This document shows, piece by piece, positions 16,604 through 25,189 of a DNA stretch of 58,042 nucleotides. Both the position numbers and the translations under genes were made by a program. Under the pieces are notes generated by a model, which was not told the origin of the DNA, made no database searches, and saw nothing but the letters and a program-made list of their open reading frames with translations. The stretch comes from an uncultured Gemmatimonadales bacterium (GTDB lineage Bacteria; Pseudomonadota; Gammaproteobacteria; Pseudomonadales; IMCC2047). Each line of letters opens with the position of its first letter. The first letter of the stretch is position 1. The stretch is taken from the NCBI GenBank assembly GCA_964195105.1, contig CAXMOT010000106.1:1-58042 (forward strand), written 5' to 3'.

Positions 16604-17527
16604 ATGAAAACAGCATTCATTACCCATCAGAATTGCCTGCTGCATGATATGGGGAGTTATCACCCCGAAAGCCCCATTCGGCTGAGCGCAATTCAAGAGC
16701 ATCTCGAAGCAACCGGCCTGCTGGCGCTGCTATGTGTACTGGAGGCTGAACCTGTCTCCCGCGAGGCGCTGGAGCGCGTCCATTCCATAGCGCATGTAAC
16801 CCGGATCATGGCCGCGAGTCCGGCAGAGGGATTGCTGCAGATTGATCCCGACACCGCCATGTGCTCGCACAGTCTACGCGCGGCACAGCTGGCCGCCGGC
16901 GCGCTGGTACAGGCCGTCGATGGAATCTGCGCCGGGCAATACCAACGCGCATTTTGCGCAGTGCGGCCGCCGGGACATCATGCGGAACACGATACGAGTA
17001 TGGGTTTCTGCCTGTTCAATAATATCGCCGTGGGTGTCAGGCATGCGATGGCAGCACACGGCATCGAGCGCGCCGCGGTAGTGGATTTTGATGTGCACCA
17101 TGGCAATGGCACGGTCGATATCTTCAAGGACGATCCCTCCGTGCTAGTCTGCTCCAGTTTCCAGCATCCTTTCTATCCGGGCCGCTATGCGGATATTGAC
17201 AGACCCAATATCGTCAATACTCCGCTGCCGGCCGGCACCAATGGAAGCGACTTCAGGAACGCCGTTGAACGGGCATGGACAGACGCCCTCGACGCGCACA
17301 AACCGCAAATGGTGTTCGTGTCGGCGGGCTTTGATGCTCATCGGGACGATCCTCTGGCGCAACTGAACCTCGTTGAAGAAGACTATGCCTGGGTTACCGA
17401 ACTCTGCTGCGCGGCTGCCGATCGCCACGCGCAGGGCAGGATCGTCTCGACGCTGGAAGGCGGCTATGACCCGCAGGCGCTGGCGCGCAGTGTGCATGCC
17501 CATGTCAGTGTGCTGACGAACACATGA
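16604..17527 (+). CDS. histone deacetylase family protein (deacetylase/amidohydrolase)
   Basis: HPESPIRL..., RPPGHHAE, DFDVHHGNGT and EGGY motifs. The ATG at 16604 is preferred over the track TTG at 16595. Confidence 0.9.
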   Translation: MKTAFITHQNCLLHDMGSYHPESPIRLSAIQEHLEATGLLALLCVLEAEPVSREALERVHSIAHVTRIMAASPAEGLLQIDPDTAMCSHSLRAAQLAAGALVQAVDGICAGQYQRAFCAVRPPGHHAEHDTSMGFCLFNNIAVGVRHAMAAHGIERAAVVDFDVHHGNGTVDIFKDDPSVLVCSSFQHPFYPGRYADIDRPNIVNTPLPAGTNGSDFRNAVERAWTDALDAHKPQMVFVSAGFDAHRDDPLAQLNLVEEDYAWVTELCCAAADRHAQGRIVSTLEGGYDPQALARSVHAHVSVLTNT

Positions 17528-17738
17528 CGGCCAGGCGATGAGGGAAGTCAATCACACACGCTTCCTGTCCGATTACCAGGACCTGAAAGCAGCGGCGAGC
17601 GACTGCTAATTACTTGATTGCGGTCCGCAGGGTGCGGGGTAGGCGGTAGTTATTGTGGGTCTTTCGGGCTTGTTGTTTTATAGTTGATGTGTTGGCGTTA
17701 CACGCTAATGCCGCAACGGTAATATATGAAGGTCATCT

Positions 17739-18248
17739 ATGAGAAAAACGCCCGCATCGATCGCGATTGCATGCCTCGCCATAGGCTCCCTGTGTTTAGC
17801 GGGCCAGCCTGACAACGACCGAACACAGCAGATTATCAGCGCCTGTAGCCAAACCGCTAGCAGCTATGCCTATGTGCGCGATCGGCTTATGTATAAGGCC
17901 TATGGCAACCTGTTCACCGACGACGCAGTGTTTGCTATAGGGCCAAATGAGGTGGTCGGTCGTGCAGCTATCGTCGCGGCTTTAAAGTCGCGTGGCGCGG
18001 GCAAAACGAACCGGCATTTCATTATTCCCGTGCACATGGAGGTTATCGATCATGAGCGCGCAAAGGCTATCAGCTACGTGGCGCTGTACTCGGCAACAGG
18101 AGCGCTGGCGGCGGGTAAACCCCTGCAGATAGACGGCCCTGCTGTTGTTGGGGAGTACCATGACGAGTTTCGGATGAGCGACGCCGGCTGCAAGTTTTCA
18201 GCCCGGCGGGTGAAGCTGGTCTTTACCACTACAAAGCCAATTAAATAA
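17739..18248 (+). CDS. secreted SnoaL-like/NTF2-like domain protein
   Basis: Signal peptide (MRKTPASIAIACLAIGSLCLAG) and an NTF2-like pattern of about 140 aa. The assignment is tentative. Confidence 0.5.
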   Translation: MRKTPASIAIACLAIGSLCLAGQPDNDRTQQIISACSQTASSYAYVRDRLMYKAYGNLFTDDAVFAIGPNEVVGRAAIVAALKSRGAGKTNRHFIIPVHMEVIDHERAKAISYVALYSATGALAAGKPLQIDGPAVVGEYHDEFRMSDAGCKFSARRVKLVFTTTKPIK

Positions 18249-18274
18249 CATGCCACCAATTACCCTGGATACCT

Positions 18275-18952
18275 ATGTCTGACTTCCCGTTTTATGATGC
18301 GCTCGCGCTCGCGTTCCTGTTGTCCGCCTGGATTGCCTATGGGCGGTTTTCGCTGCACTGGGCAAAGGACCATGAGCGGCTGCAGAATGCCTTTAACTCT
18401 GAGATAGCCGCCTGGTCGGCCGTATTACCCCACCGCGATTTACGCATGGTGGACACCAATGTAATAGCCAACCTCGAGCGCACGGCGACTTTTCTCGCCT
18501 CGAGCAGCCTGTTGATTATCGCGGGCCTGCTTACCGTGGCGGGGGCGGGCAATGATGTGACGCAGTTCCTGACCTACTTCACTGCGACCGGTGGATTGGC
18601 AGAGCATACTCGGGAGCTCAAGATCCTCGTCCTGGTAGGCATTTATGCCTATGTCTTCTTTACCTATACCTGGTGCATGCGCCAATACGGCCTGGCGTCT
18701 ATTCTAATCGCCAACGCGCCGTTGCCGGAGCTGGCTGGCACTGATGTGGCGAAGGCACATTCGGACAAGTTTGCCCGGGTGGTCGGGCGCGCTATTTATA
18801 CCTTTAATGTGGGCCTGCGCGGCTATTACTTCAGCATCGCCTGTCTTGCCTGGTGCGTTAATCCGTGGGCGTGCATGATCGCAACCAGCTGGATTGTGCT
18901 GGTGTTGTATCGCCGCGAGTTTAAATCGGAAACCTTGCAGGCGCTTTCCTGA
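18275..18952 (+). CDS. DUF599 family membrane protein
   Basis: FYDALALAFLLSAWIAYGRF...MVDTNVIANLERTATFLASSSLLIIAG is the typical DUF599 layout. Confidence 0.75.
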   Translation: MSDFPFYDALALAFLLSAWIAYGRFSLHWAKDHERLQNAFNSEIAAWSAVLPHRDLRMVDTNVIANLERTATFLASSSLLIIAGLLTVAGAGNDVTQFLTYFTATGGLAEHTRELKILVLVGIYAYVFFTYTWCMRQYGLASILIANAPLPELAGTDVAKAHSDKFARVVGRAIYTFNVGLRGYYFSIACLAWCVNPWACMIATSWIVLVLYRREFKSETLQALS

Positions 18953-19232
18953 TAGGCGGGCTGGTCAGGGTGGGGAAGCTGCCCGTACGCGCCCAATAGC
19001 GCGTAAAAAGTGTCGGGTTTCTTTACAACTTTCTAATTCGCCGTTTAGACTATATTTGTAACCGATTGAATTATAGGAATATAGTAAAGATGGCCTTCTA
19101 ATTGCTTTGTTAAGGGAGATGACCGACAGGCTCTGTCAGCTTCAGGTCATCCCGAACCTGCATAACCCGATTATTATGCGGTGGGAGGAAGCAGTACGTG
19201 ATTTCCAGATATAACAATAATAAAAAAATTAT

Positions 19233-19258
19233 GGCCCCCGTTTGGGGGCTTTTTTTTT
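19233..19258 (+). terminator. Rho-independent terminator with no coding gene immediately upstream
   Basis: GGCCCCC-GTTT-GGGGGCT hairpin followed by a run of nine T's. It lies 280 nt downstream of the DUF599 stop. Confidence 0.8.
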
Positions 19259-19305
19259 AGCCTGCAGAAATGCGCGAAAACTAGTGGCTTGTCACGGCCT
19301 CCTTA

Positions 19306-19334
19306 CTTGAAAATTCCCAGTCCAACCCCATTTA
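19306..19334 (+). promoter_or_regulatory. sigma-32 (heat-shock) promoter of htpG
   Basis: CTTGAAA (19306-19312), a 13-nt spacer, then CCCCATTTA (19326-19334). This matches the sigma-32 consensus CTTGAAA-N13-17-CCCCATnT and lies about 45 nt upstream of the htpG ATG. Confidence 0.85.
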
Positions 19335-19378
19335 TATCGCAGACCCTATTCCAAGCAATAAACCAGGAGCACTAATTA

Positions 19379-21316
19379 ATGACGGTCGATACCACCAAAG
19401 AAACCCTGGGCTTCCAGACGGAAGTCAAGCAACTGCTGCAGCTGATGATTAACTCCCTGTACAGTAACAAGGAAATCTTCCTTCGCGAACTGATTTCAAA
19501 TGCATCAGATGCGGCCGACAAACTGCGCTATGAAGCGCTGTCCAATAACGATCTGTATGAAGACGACGCTACCTTGGGTATTCGCATCGACTTCGATTCC
19601 GAGAAGAACACCATCGCGATTACCGATAACGGTATTGGAATGACCCGTGAAGACGTCATCGATCATTTGGGTACTATAGCCAAGTCGGGCACAGCTGAAT
19701 TCCTGTCAAATCTGACCGGCGACCAGTCGAAAGACTCGCAATTGATCGGCCAGTTCGGCGTTGGCTTCTATTCATCGTTTATCGTCGCTGATGAAGTGAC
19801 GGTAGAAACCCGTCGCGCCGGTTCGCAGGCTGCCGATGGCGTGCGTTGGCAGTCAAAAGGGGAAGGGGACTTCTCAGTTGAAGCGATCGACCGCCCGCAG
19901 CGTGGTACCACTATTACCCTGCACCTGAAGAAGGATGAGGAAGAGTTTGCCGACAACATGCGGTTGCGCAACCTGGTAACCAAGTATTCCGATCACATCT
20001 CTCTGCCGGTGGAAATGCTGAAGCAGGAATTCCCCGAATATGACGACGAAGGCAAAGTGAAAGAGAAGTCGGCGGATGCGGACGTAACTCCGGAGTATGA
20101 AGCCGTCAATGCTGCCACCGCCCTATGGACGCGCCCTCGCAACGAACTTAACGCGGAGGAATACCAGGAATTCTACAAACATATTTCCCACGATTTCGAT
20201 GATGCCCTGACCTGGAGCCATAACAAAGTAGAAGGCAAGCTGGAGTACGCCAGCCTGTTATACGTGCCGAAACGCCCGCCCTTTGATATGTGGAACCGCG
20301 AAGCCGCACGCGGCCTGAAGCTTTACATCCAGCGTGTCTTCATTATGGACGATGCCGAGCAGTTCCTGCCGACCTACCTGCGCTTTGTAAAGGGTGTGGT
20401 GGACTCCAATGACCTGTCCCTGAATATCTCCCGGGAAATTCTGCAGAAGGAGCCGGCTATCGACAAGATGCGCGGCGCCCTGACCAAGCGGGTACTCGAC
20501 ATGCTGGGCAAGATGGCCAAGAACAAGGAGTCGGACGACTATGCGACGTTCTGGAAAGCCTTTGGCCAGGTGTTGAAGGAAGGGCCGGCGGAGGATTTTT
20601 CCAATAAGGAACAGATCGCCAAGTTGCTGCGTTTCGCTACCACGCTTGATGACAAGGAAGAGCAGATTCATTCGCTGGACGGTTACATCGAGCGCATGCA
20701 GGAAGGCCAGGCGAAGATCTTCTATGTTGCGGCTGACTCGTTCAACACCGCAAAGAACAGCCCACACATCGAGGTGTTCCGCAAGAAAGGTATCGAAGTC
20801 CTGTTGTTGTCCGAGCGTATCGATGAATGGCTGATGAGCCACTTGAATGAGTATGACGGTAAACAGTTTCAGGACATTGCCAAGGGCGAACTGGACCTGG
20901 GTAGCGTCGACAATGAAGAGGAAAAGGAAAAGCAGGCCGAAACCAGCGAAAAGTTCAAACCGTTGGTTGAGCGCATTACTGCCGTGTTGGACGAGCGAGT
21001 AGAAGAAGTACGAATTACCCATCGCCTGACCGACTCGCCCGCCTGTCTGGTCGTCGGGGAGAACGATATGGGAGCGCAGATGCGCCGCATTATGGAATCC
21101 GCGGGACAACCCATGCCGCCGACCAAGCCGACTCTCGAACTTAATCCGGAGCACCCGCTGGTGGAGAAAATGGATAAGGAGCCGGATGAGGATCGGTTCG
21201 CGGATCTGGCGAACATCGTTTTCGACCAGGCGCAATTGGCGGAAGGTGGTCAATTGGATAATCCTGCGGAGTATGTGCACCGGCTTAACAAGTTATTGCT
21301 TGAATTAAGCCAGTAA
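19379..21316 (+). CDS. htpG: molecular chaperone HtpG (Hsp90)
   Basis: [38 protein letters not shown]..., 645 aa. Confidence 0.98.
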   Translation: MTVDTTKETLGFQTEVKQLLQLMINSLYSNKEIFLRELISNASDAADKLRYEALSNNDLYEDDATLGIRIDFDSEKNTIAITDNGIGMTREDVIDHLGTIAKSGTAEFLSNLTGDQSKDSQLIGQFGVGFYSSFIVADEVTVETRRAGSQAADGVRWQSKGEGDFSVEAIDRPQRGTTITLHLKKDEEEFADNMRLRNLVTKYSDHISLPVEMLKQEFPEYDDEGKVKEKSADADVTPEYEAVNAATALWTRPRNELNAEEYQEFYKHISHDFDDALTWSHNKVEGKLEYASLLYVPKRPPFDMWNREAARGLKLYIQRVFIMDDAEQFLPTYLRFVKGVVDSNDLSLNISREILQKEPAIDKMRGALTKRVLDMLGKMAKNKESDDYATFWKAFGQVLKEGPAEDFSNKEQIAKLLRFATTLDDKEEQIHSLDGYIERMQEGQAKIFYVAADSFNTAKNSPHIEVFRKKGIEVLLLSERIDEWLMSHLNEYDGKQFQDIAKGELDLGSVDNEEEKEKQAETSEKFKPLVERITAVLDERVEEVRITHRLTDSPACLVVGENDMGAQMRRIMESAGQPMPPTKPTLELNPEHPLVEKMDKEPDEDRFADLANIVFDQAQLAEGGQLDNPAEYVHRLNKLLLELSQ

Positions 21317-21358
21317 GGGTCATCGCGCCGCTCGGCGCCACCCTGTCATAATCAAGTT

Positions 21359-21387
21359 AAGGCGGCCTGTTAAGGTCGCCTTTTTTT
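21359..21387 (+). terminator. Rho-independent terminator of htpG
   Basis: AAGGCGGCC-TGTTAA-GGTCGCCTT hairpin followed by T7. Confidence 0.8.
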
Positions 21388-21547
21388 GTGTCGGAAAACA
21401 GCGAGTTAAGCAAAGTCCTTAATAGTAAACCTATCAATTTTTATAGCTTTTAGAGATATAAGCGATTTTAAAATCAGTATTCCTTCTAAAAAATGGTAAG
21501 CATTTGGGCTTGAAAATACCCCACATTTTGATACGATGATGCGTCTG

Positions 21548-21565
21548 AACACTACATATAGTGTT
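21548..21565. promoter_or_regulatory. NrdR-box-like palindrome upstream of nrdJa
   Basis: AACACTACATATAGTGTT is a near-perfect palindrome matching the NrdR box pattern acaCwAtATaTwGtgt. It lies about 120 nt upstream of the nrdJa start. A second box at helical spacing is at best weak. Confidence 0.6.
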
Positions 21566-21685
21566 TTCGGCCAATAAAAGTTTTGAACAAGTTGTGCACA
21601 GGTTTTCCTGCGACCTATCAACAGCTTGTCCACATGTTTCCAGTAAACGTTAAAAAAATTAATCAAAGTCAATTGGGGCCTGTAT

Positions 21686-23839
21686 ATGAGTGCGTACCTT
21701 AAATCCGTTCCTAATGCCGCTGATGTAGAGATACCTCTGCAAAGCGCATCGCTGGATATCTGGGATAAGAAATACCGTTTAAAAGCCAAGAATGGCGAGC
21801 CAGTAGACGCGGATATCAATGCCACGTATGAACGTGTCGCGCGCGCACTGGCCGATGTCGAGACCAGCGATGAGTTAAAGGAACAATGGTACAAGGAGTT
21901 CTTGTGGGCACTGCGTAAAGGCGTTATTCCTGCCGGCCGTATCACCTCCAATGCCGGAGCAAGGGAACATAAACCGGCGACATCCACGATCAACTGCACA
22001 GTGTCCGGCCCGATCGAAGATTCGATGTCGGATATCCTGAACAAGGTTGTCGAAGCCGGCCTGACCCTGAAAGCCGGGTGTGGTATCGGTTATGAGTTCT
22101 CCACTTTGCGTCCCCGAGGAGCCTACGTGACAGGCGCCGGAGCCTACACATCGGGGGCGCTTTCTTTTATGGATATCTACGACAAGATGTGCTTTACGGT
22201 GTCTTCCGCCGGTGGACGCCGCGGCGCACAGATGGCGACTTTTGACATCGGCCACCCCGACGTACTGGACTTTATTCGCGCCAAGCGTGAGGACGGCCGC
22301 CTGCGCCAGTTTAACCTGTCGCTGTTGATTACCGACGATTTCATTGCAGCAGTAAAGAACAATACCGACTGGCACCTGTCGTTCCCGCTGAAGGCCAAGG
22401 AGGTCGAAGAGAGTGATATTGACCTGCAGGACAGCAGCACCGTGATCTGGCGTGAATCGCCCGTAAATAAAGACTATGTCACGAATGATGAAGGCCTGGT
22501 TGCTTGCCGCATCTACAAAACGGTGAAGGCTGAGCGCATCTGGAATGCGATCATGTCGTCTACCTACGACTTCGCAGAACCCGGGTTTATCCTGATCGAC
22601 AAGGTCAACGAGATGAACAACAACTGGTTCTGTGAAAATATCCGCGCTACCAACCCCTGCGGCGAACAACCATTGCCGCCTTATGGCAGTTGCCTGCTGG
22701 GTTCGGTTAACCTGACGCGCTTCGTCACCAAACCGTTCACAGAAGAGGCAGAGTTCGACTGGAGCGAGTTCAAGAAGGCCGTTGCGACCTTTACGCGCAT
22801 GCTGGATAACGTGGTGGAGATCAATGGCTTGCCATTGGATAAACAGCGCCACGAAATCGAATACAAGCGCCGTCACGGTATGGGCTATCTTGGCCTGGGC
22901 TCCACTATAACCATGCTCGGGATGAAGTATGGTTGCGCAGAGTCCCTGGAGTTTACCGAGGAAGTCACCAAGCAGATGGCGCTGGTGGGATGGCAGACCG
23001 GCCTGGATCTCAGTCATGAGAAAGGTCCCGCACCGATCATGCAGGACTGCTTTGAAGTGACCGAGGAGATGCTCAAGAAGCGTCCGGAAATGCGCGAAGA
23101 TGGTTACAGTATTGGCGATATGGTGCCGGGCAAGGTACTGCATGCAAAATACAGCCGTTATATGCAGCGCATAGCCGAGGCAGCACCGGAACTGGTTGAA
23201 CAACTGGCCGAGCATGGCGCGCGTTTCACCCACCATAGCTCGATAGCGCCGACCGGAACCATTTCCCTGTCGCTGGCTAATAACGCCAGCAACGGCATCG
23301 AGCCCAGTTTTGCCCACCATTACTCGCGCAATGTGATTCGCGAAGGTCGCAAAACCAAGGAAAAGATTGATGTATTCTCCTTCGAGTTACTGGCGTATCG
23401 GGAATTGATCAACGCCAACGCAATGCCTTACTCGGATAATGCAGATGAACAACTGCCTGAATACTTCATTACGGCGGATGATATTTCGCCCAGGCAGCAC
23501 GTTGATATCCAGGCGGCATCGCAGAAATGGATCGATTCATCGATTTCCAAAACCGCCAACGTACCGACTGATTTCCCCTATGAGGAATTCAAGGATATAT
23601 ACATGTATGCCTACGAGAAGGGCCTGAAGGGTTGTACTACCTTCCGGTTTAATCCCGAAGCGTTCCAGGGCGTACTGGTGAAGGAAAAGGATCTCGAGAG
23701 TACGACCTATAAATTTACCCTTGATGACGGTTCCAAAGTTGAGTTCAAAGGCAATGATGAGATTGAATATGACGGCGAAACACATACCGCAGCCAATCTT
23801 TTTGATGCCTTGAAAGAAGGGTATTACGGTAAGTTTTAG
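21686..23839 (+). CDS. nrdJ: class II (adenosylcobalamin-dependent) ribonucleotide reductase, large N-terminal part
   Basis: 717 aa with NPCGEQPLPPYGSCLLGSVNL (active-site Cys loop) and HSSIAPTGTISL. It ends before the usual C-terminal module, which is encoded by the next ORF (split nrdJa/nrdJb, as in Pseudomonas aeruginosa). Confidence 0.92.
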   Translation: MSAYLKSVPNAADVEIPLQSASLDIWDKKYRLKAKNGEPVDADINATYERVARALADVETSDELKEQWYKEFLWALRKGVIPAGRITSNAGAREHKPATSTINCTVSGPIEDSMSDILNKVVEAGLTLKAGCGIGYEFSTLRPRGAYVTGAGAYTSGALSFMDIYDKMCFTVSSAGGRRGAQMATFDIGHPDVLDFIRAKREDGRLRQFNLSLLITDDFIAAVKNNTDWHLSFPLKAKEVEESDIDLQDSSTVIWRESPVNKDYVTNDEGLVACRIYKTVKAERIWNAIMSSTYDFAEPGFILIDKVNEMNNNWFCENIRATNPCGEQPLPPYGSCLLGSVNLTRFVTKPFTEEAEFDWSEFKKAVATFTRMLDNVVEINGLPLDKQRHEIEYKRRHGMGYLGLGSTITMLGMKYGCAESLEFTEEVTKQMALVGWQTGLDLSHEKGPAPIMQDCFEVTEEMLKKRPEMREDGYSIGDMVPGKVLHAKYSRYMQRIAEAAPELVEQLAEHGARFTHHSSIAPTGTISLSLANNASNGIEPSFAHHYSRNVIREGRKTKEKIDVFSFELLAYRELINANAMPYSDNADEQLPEYFITADDISPRQHVDIQAASQKWIDSSISKTANVPTDFPYEEFKDIYMYAYEKGLKGCTTFRFNPEAFQGVLVKEKDLESTTYKFTLDDGSKVEFKGNDEIEYDGETHTAANLFDALKEGYYGKF

Positions 23840-24050
23840 GGTTTGGCCGACAATCTGGCCGCGCAGGCGGCAACCTTTGTCACGGGACCAGCGATTTTAA
23901 ATTAACAAATACTGCAAACCAGCAAATTCAGACGCTTCCGGGGAGAAACGTAGTTGGGAAGCGCCGTAAGCGGACAAGGTTCCGTTTACGGCACTGACCC
24001 TGAAACGCAAACCCGGAATGCAGTTGGGCAGTAAGAGCACGAGGAGCCAA

Positions 24051-24803
24051 ATGATGGCGTTTAAAATAGAAAAAAAGATAGTCGATTACAAAGTAGTCAC
24101 CGAAGAAGAAAAGCAACGCGTTGAAGAAGCGGAAGCCGAGGCCCAGGCCAAGGCCACTGCGGCTGCGGAAGAGGAGCGGCAGAGCAATATTATCCAGATG
24201 CATGAAAGTGTTGAGCGTCCGGAAATGCTGATCGGTTCGACCTACAAGATCAAGACGCCGGATACCGAGCATGCGATGTATATCACCATTAACGATATCT
24301 TCCTGAACCAGGGTACTGAGCACGAACAGCGTCGACCCTTTGAGATATTTATCAACTCCAAGAACATGGAGCATTTCCAGTGGATCCTCGCGCTGACCCG
24401 TATTACTTCAGCGGTATTCAGGAAAGGCGGTGACGTCACCTTCCTGATAGACGAAATGCGCGCCATCTTCGATCCAAAGGGCGGCTACTGGAAGAAAGGT
24501 GGGCGCTTCGTTCCATCATTGGTTGCGGAAATCGGTGATGTGATATCAGACCACCTGACCCGCATCGGCATGATCAAGAGCGAAGGGATGACCGATACCC
24601 AAAAGCAAATTCTCGCCGAGAAACGCGCGCAGTTTGAAGAAAAAGCGGAAGCCCAGGCTAGCATCAAAGCGGAAGAAGAAGCAGACAGCGAAGGCCAGTT
24701 CCCGGCCGGCTCAAGCCTGTGCAAGAAGTGCAGCACCAAAGCCGTGATCTTGATGGATGGCTGCATGACCTGTCTGAGTTGCGGCGATTCCAAGTGTGGT
24801 TAG
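24051..24803 (+). CDS. nrdJ: class II ribonucleotide reductase, C-terminal part (NrdJb-like)
   Basis: TYKIKTPDTEHAMYITINDIF...RPFEIFINSKNMEHFQWILALTRITSAVFRKGG, with a C-terminal Cys cluster CKKCS...CMTCLSCGDSKCG. ATG 24051 is preceded by GAGGAG. The track ORF starts at 24018. Confidence 0.85.
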   Translation: MMAFKIEKKIVDYKVVTEEEKQRVEEAEAEAQAKATAAAEEERQSNIIQMHESVERPEMLIGSTYKIKTPDTEHAMYITINDIFLNQGTEHEQRRPFEIFINSKNMEHFQWILALTRITSAVFRKGGDVTFLIDEMRAIFDPKGGYWKKGGRFVPSLVAEIGDVISDHLTRIGMIKSEGMTDTQKQILAEKRAQFEEKAEAQASIKAEEEADSEGQFPAGSSLCKKCSTKAVILMDGCMTCLSCGDSKCG

Positions 24804-24904
24804 AACGCTTGATTGTTTGGCTATTAAATAAATAGAAACAAATAGTTAAGCGAGATTGTTCCACCATTTACAGAGCGTTAGGATTTGGTGATACAAGGGA
24901 GAAG

Positions 24905-24939
24905 GGGGGATGTGAGGTAAAACTCAGATTCCCCTTTTT
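24905..24939 (+). terminator. Rho-independent terminator downstream of nrdJb
   Basis: GGGGGATGTGAG-GTAAAA-CTCAGATTCCCC (12-bp stem with one mismatch and one G-U pair) followed by TTTTT. Confidence 0.7.
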
Positions 24940-24947
24940 CATGCCAG

Positions 24948-25016
24948 AACGATCGGGGACAGACCACGTTTTAAAAGAAACGATCGAAAAACGATCGGTA
25001 ACAGGCCACATTTTAA
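24948..25016 (+). promoter_or_regulatory. pair of 27-bp direct repeats (candidate regulator binding sites)
   Basis: AACGATCGGGGACAGACCACGTTTTAA (24948-24974) and AACGATCGGTAACAGGCCACATTTTAA (24990-25016) are 23/27 identical with starts 42 bp apart. A third ACGATCG lies between them. Confidence 0.5.
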
Positions 25017-25032
25017 TACCAAGACCCAAATC

Positions 25033-25061
25033 TTTGGCTAGGGAAAACGAAAACGTATAAT
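25033..25061 (+). promoter_or_regulatory. candidate sigma-70 promoter for the downstream MFS gene
   Basis: TTTGGC-N17-TATAAT, with the TATAAT at 25056-25061, immediately downstream of the direct repeats. Confidence 0.4.
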
Positions 25062-25189
25062 CCCTCCGTTGCCATTTTTTGACGACAACTTTGGCAGCAT
25101 TCACGAAAGGCAAATTGTGCTTTACGCCATTTGCTTTCCGGCAAACAAAGTGCAAACCTACGCAGACACTTCAGACCAGAGGAAGCTCT

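Noticed and set aside
20258-21280. 340-aa minus-strand ORF
   Set aside because: It is antisense to htpG and has no recognisable domain. I treat it as a spurious shadow ORF.
21406-21685. Possible cobalamin riboswitch upstream of the B12-dependent RNR
   Set aside because: No B12-box-like (..AGYCMGgAgaCCkGCc..) core or the associated conserved stems are visible. The region is AT-rich promoter DNA.
21406-22044. 212-aa minus-strand ORF spanning the nrdJa upstream region
   Set aside because: It overlaps the nrdJa 5' end and the AT-rich promoter region containing the NrdR-like box. Composition is Ser/Leu/Ile-rich with no motifs.
21875-23320. 481-aa minus-strand ORF
   Set aside because: It lies entirely antisense to the well-supported nrdJa gene. 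The product is low-complexity and Arg/Gly/His-rich with no motifs, which is a typical antisense open frame in GC-rich coding DNA.
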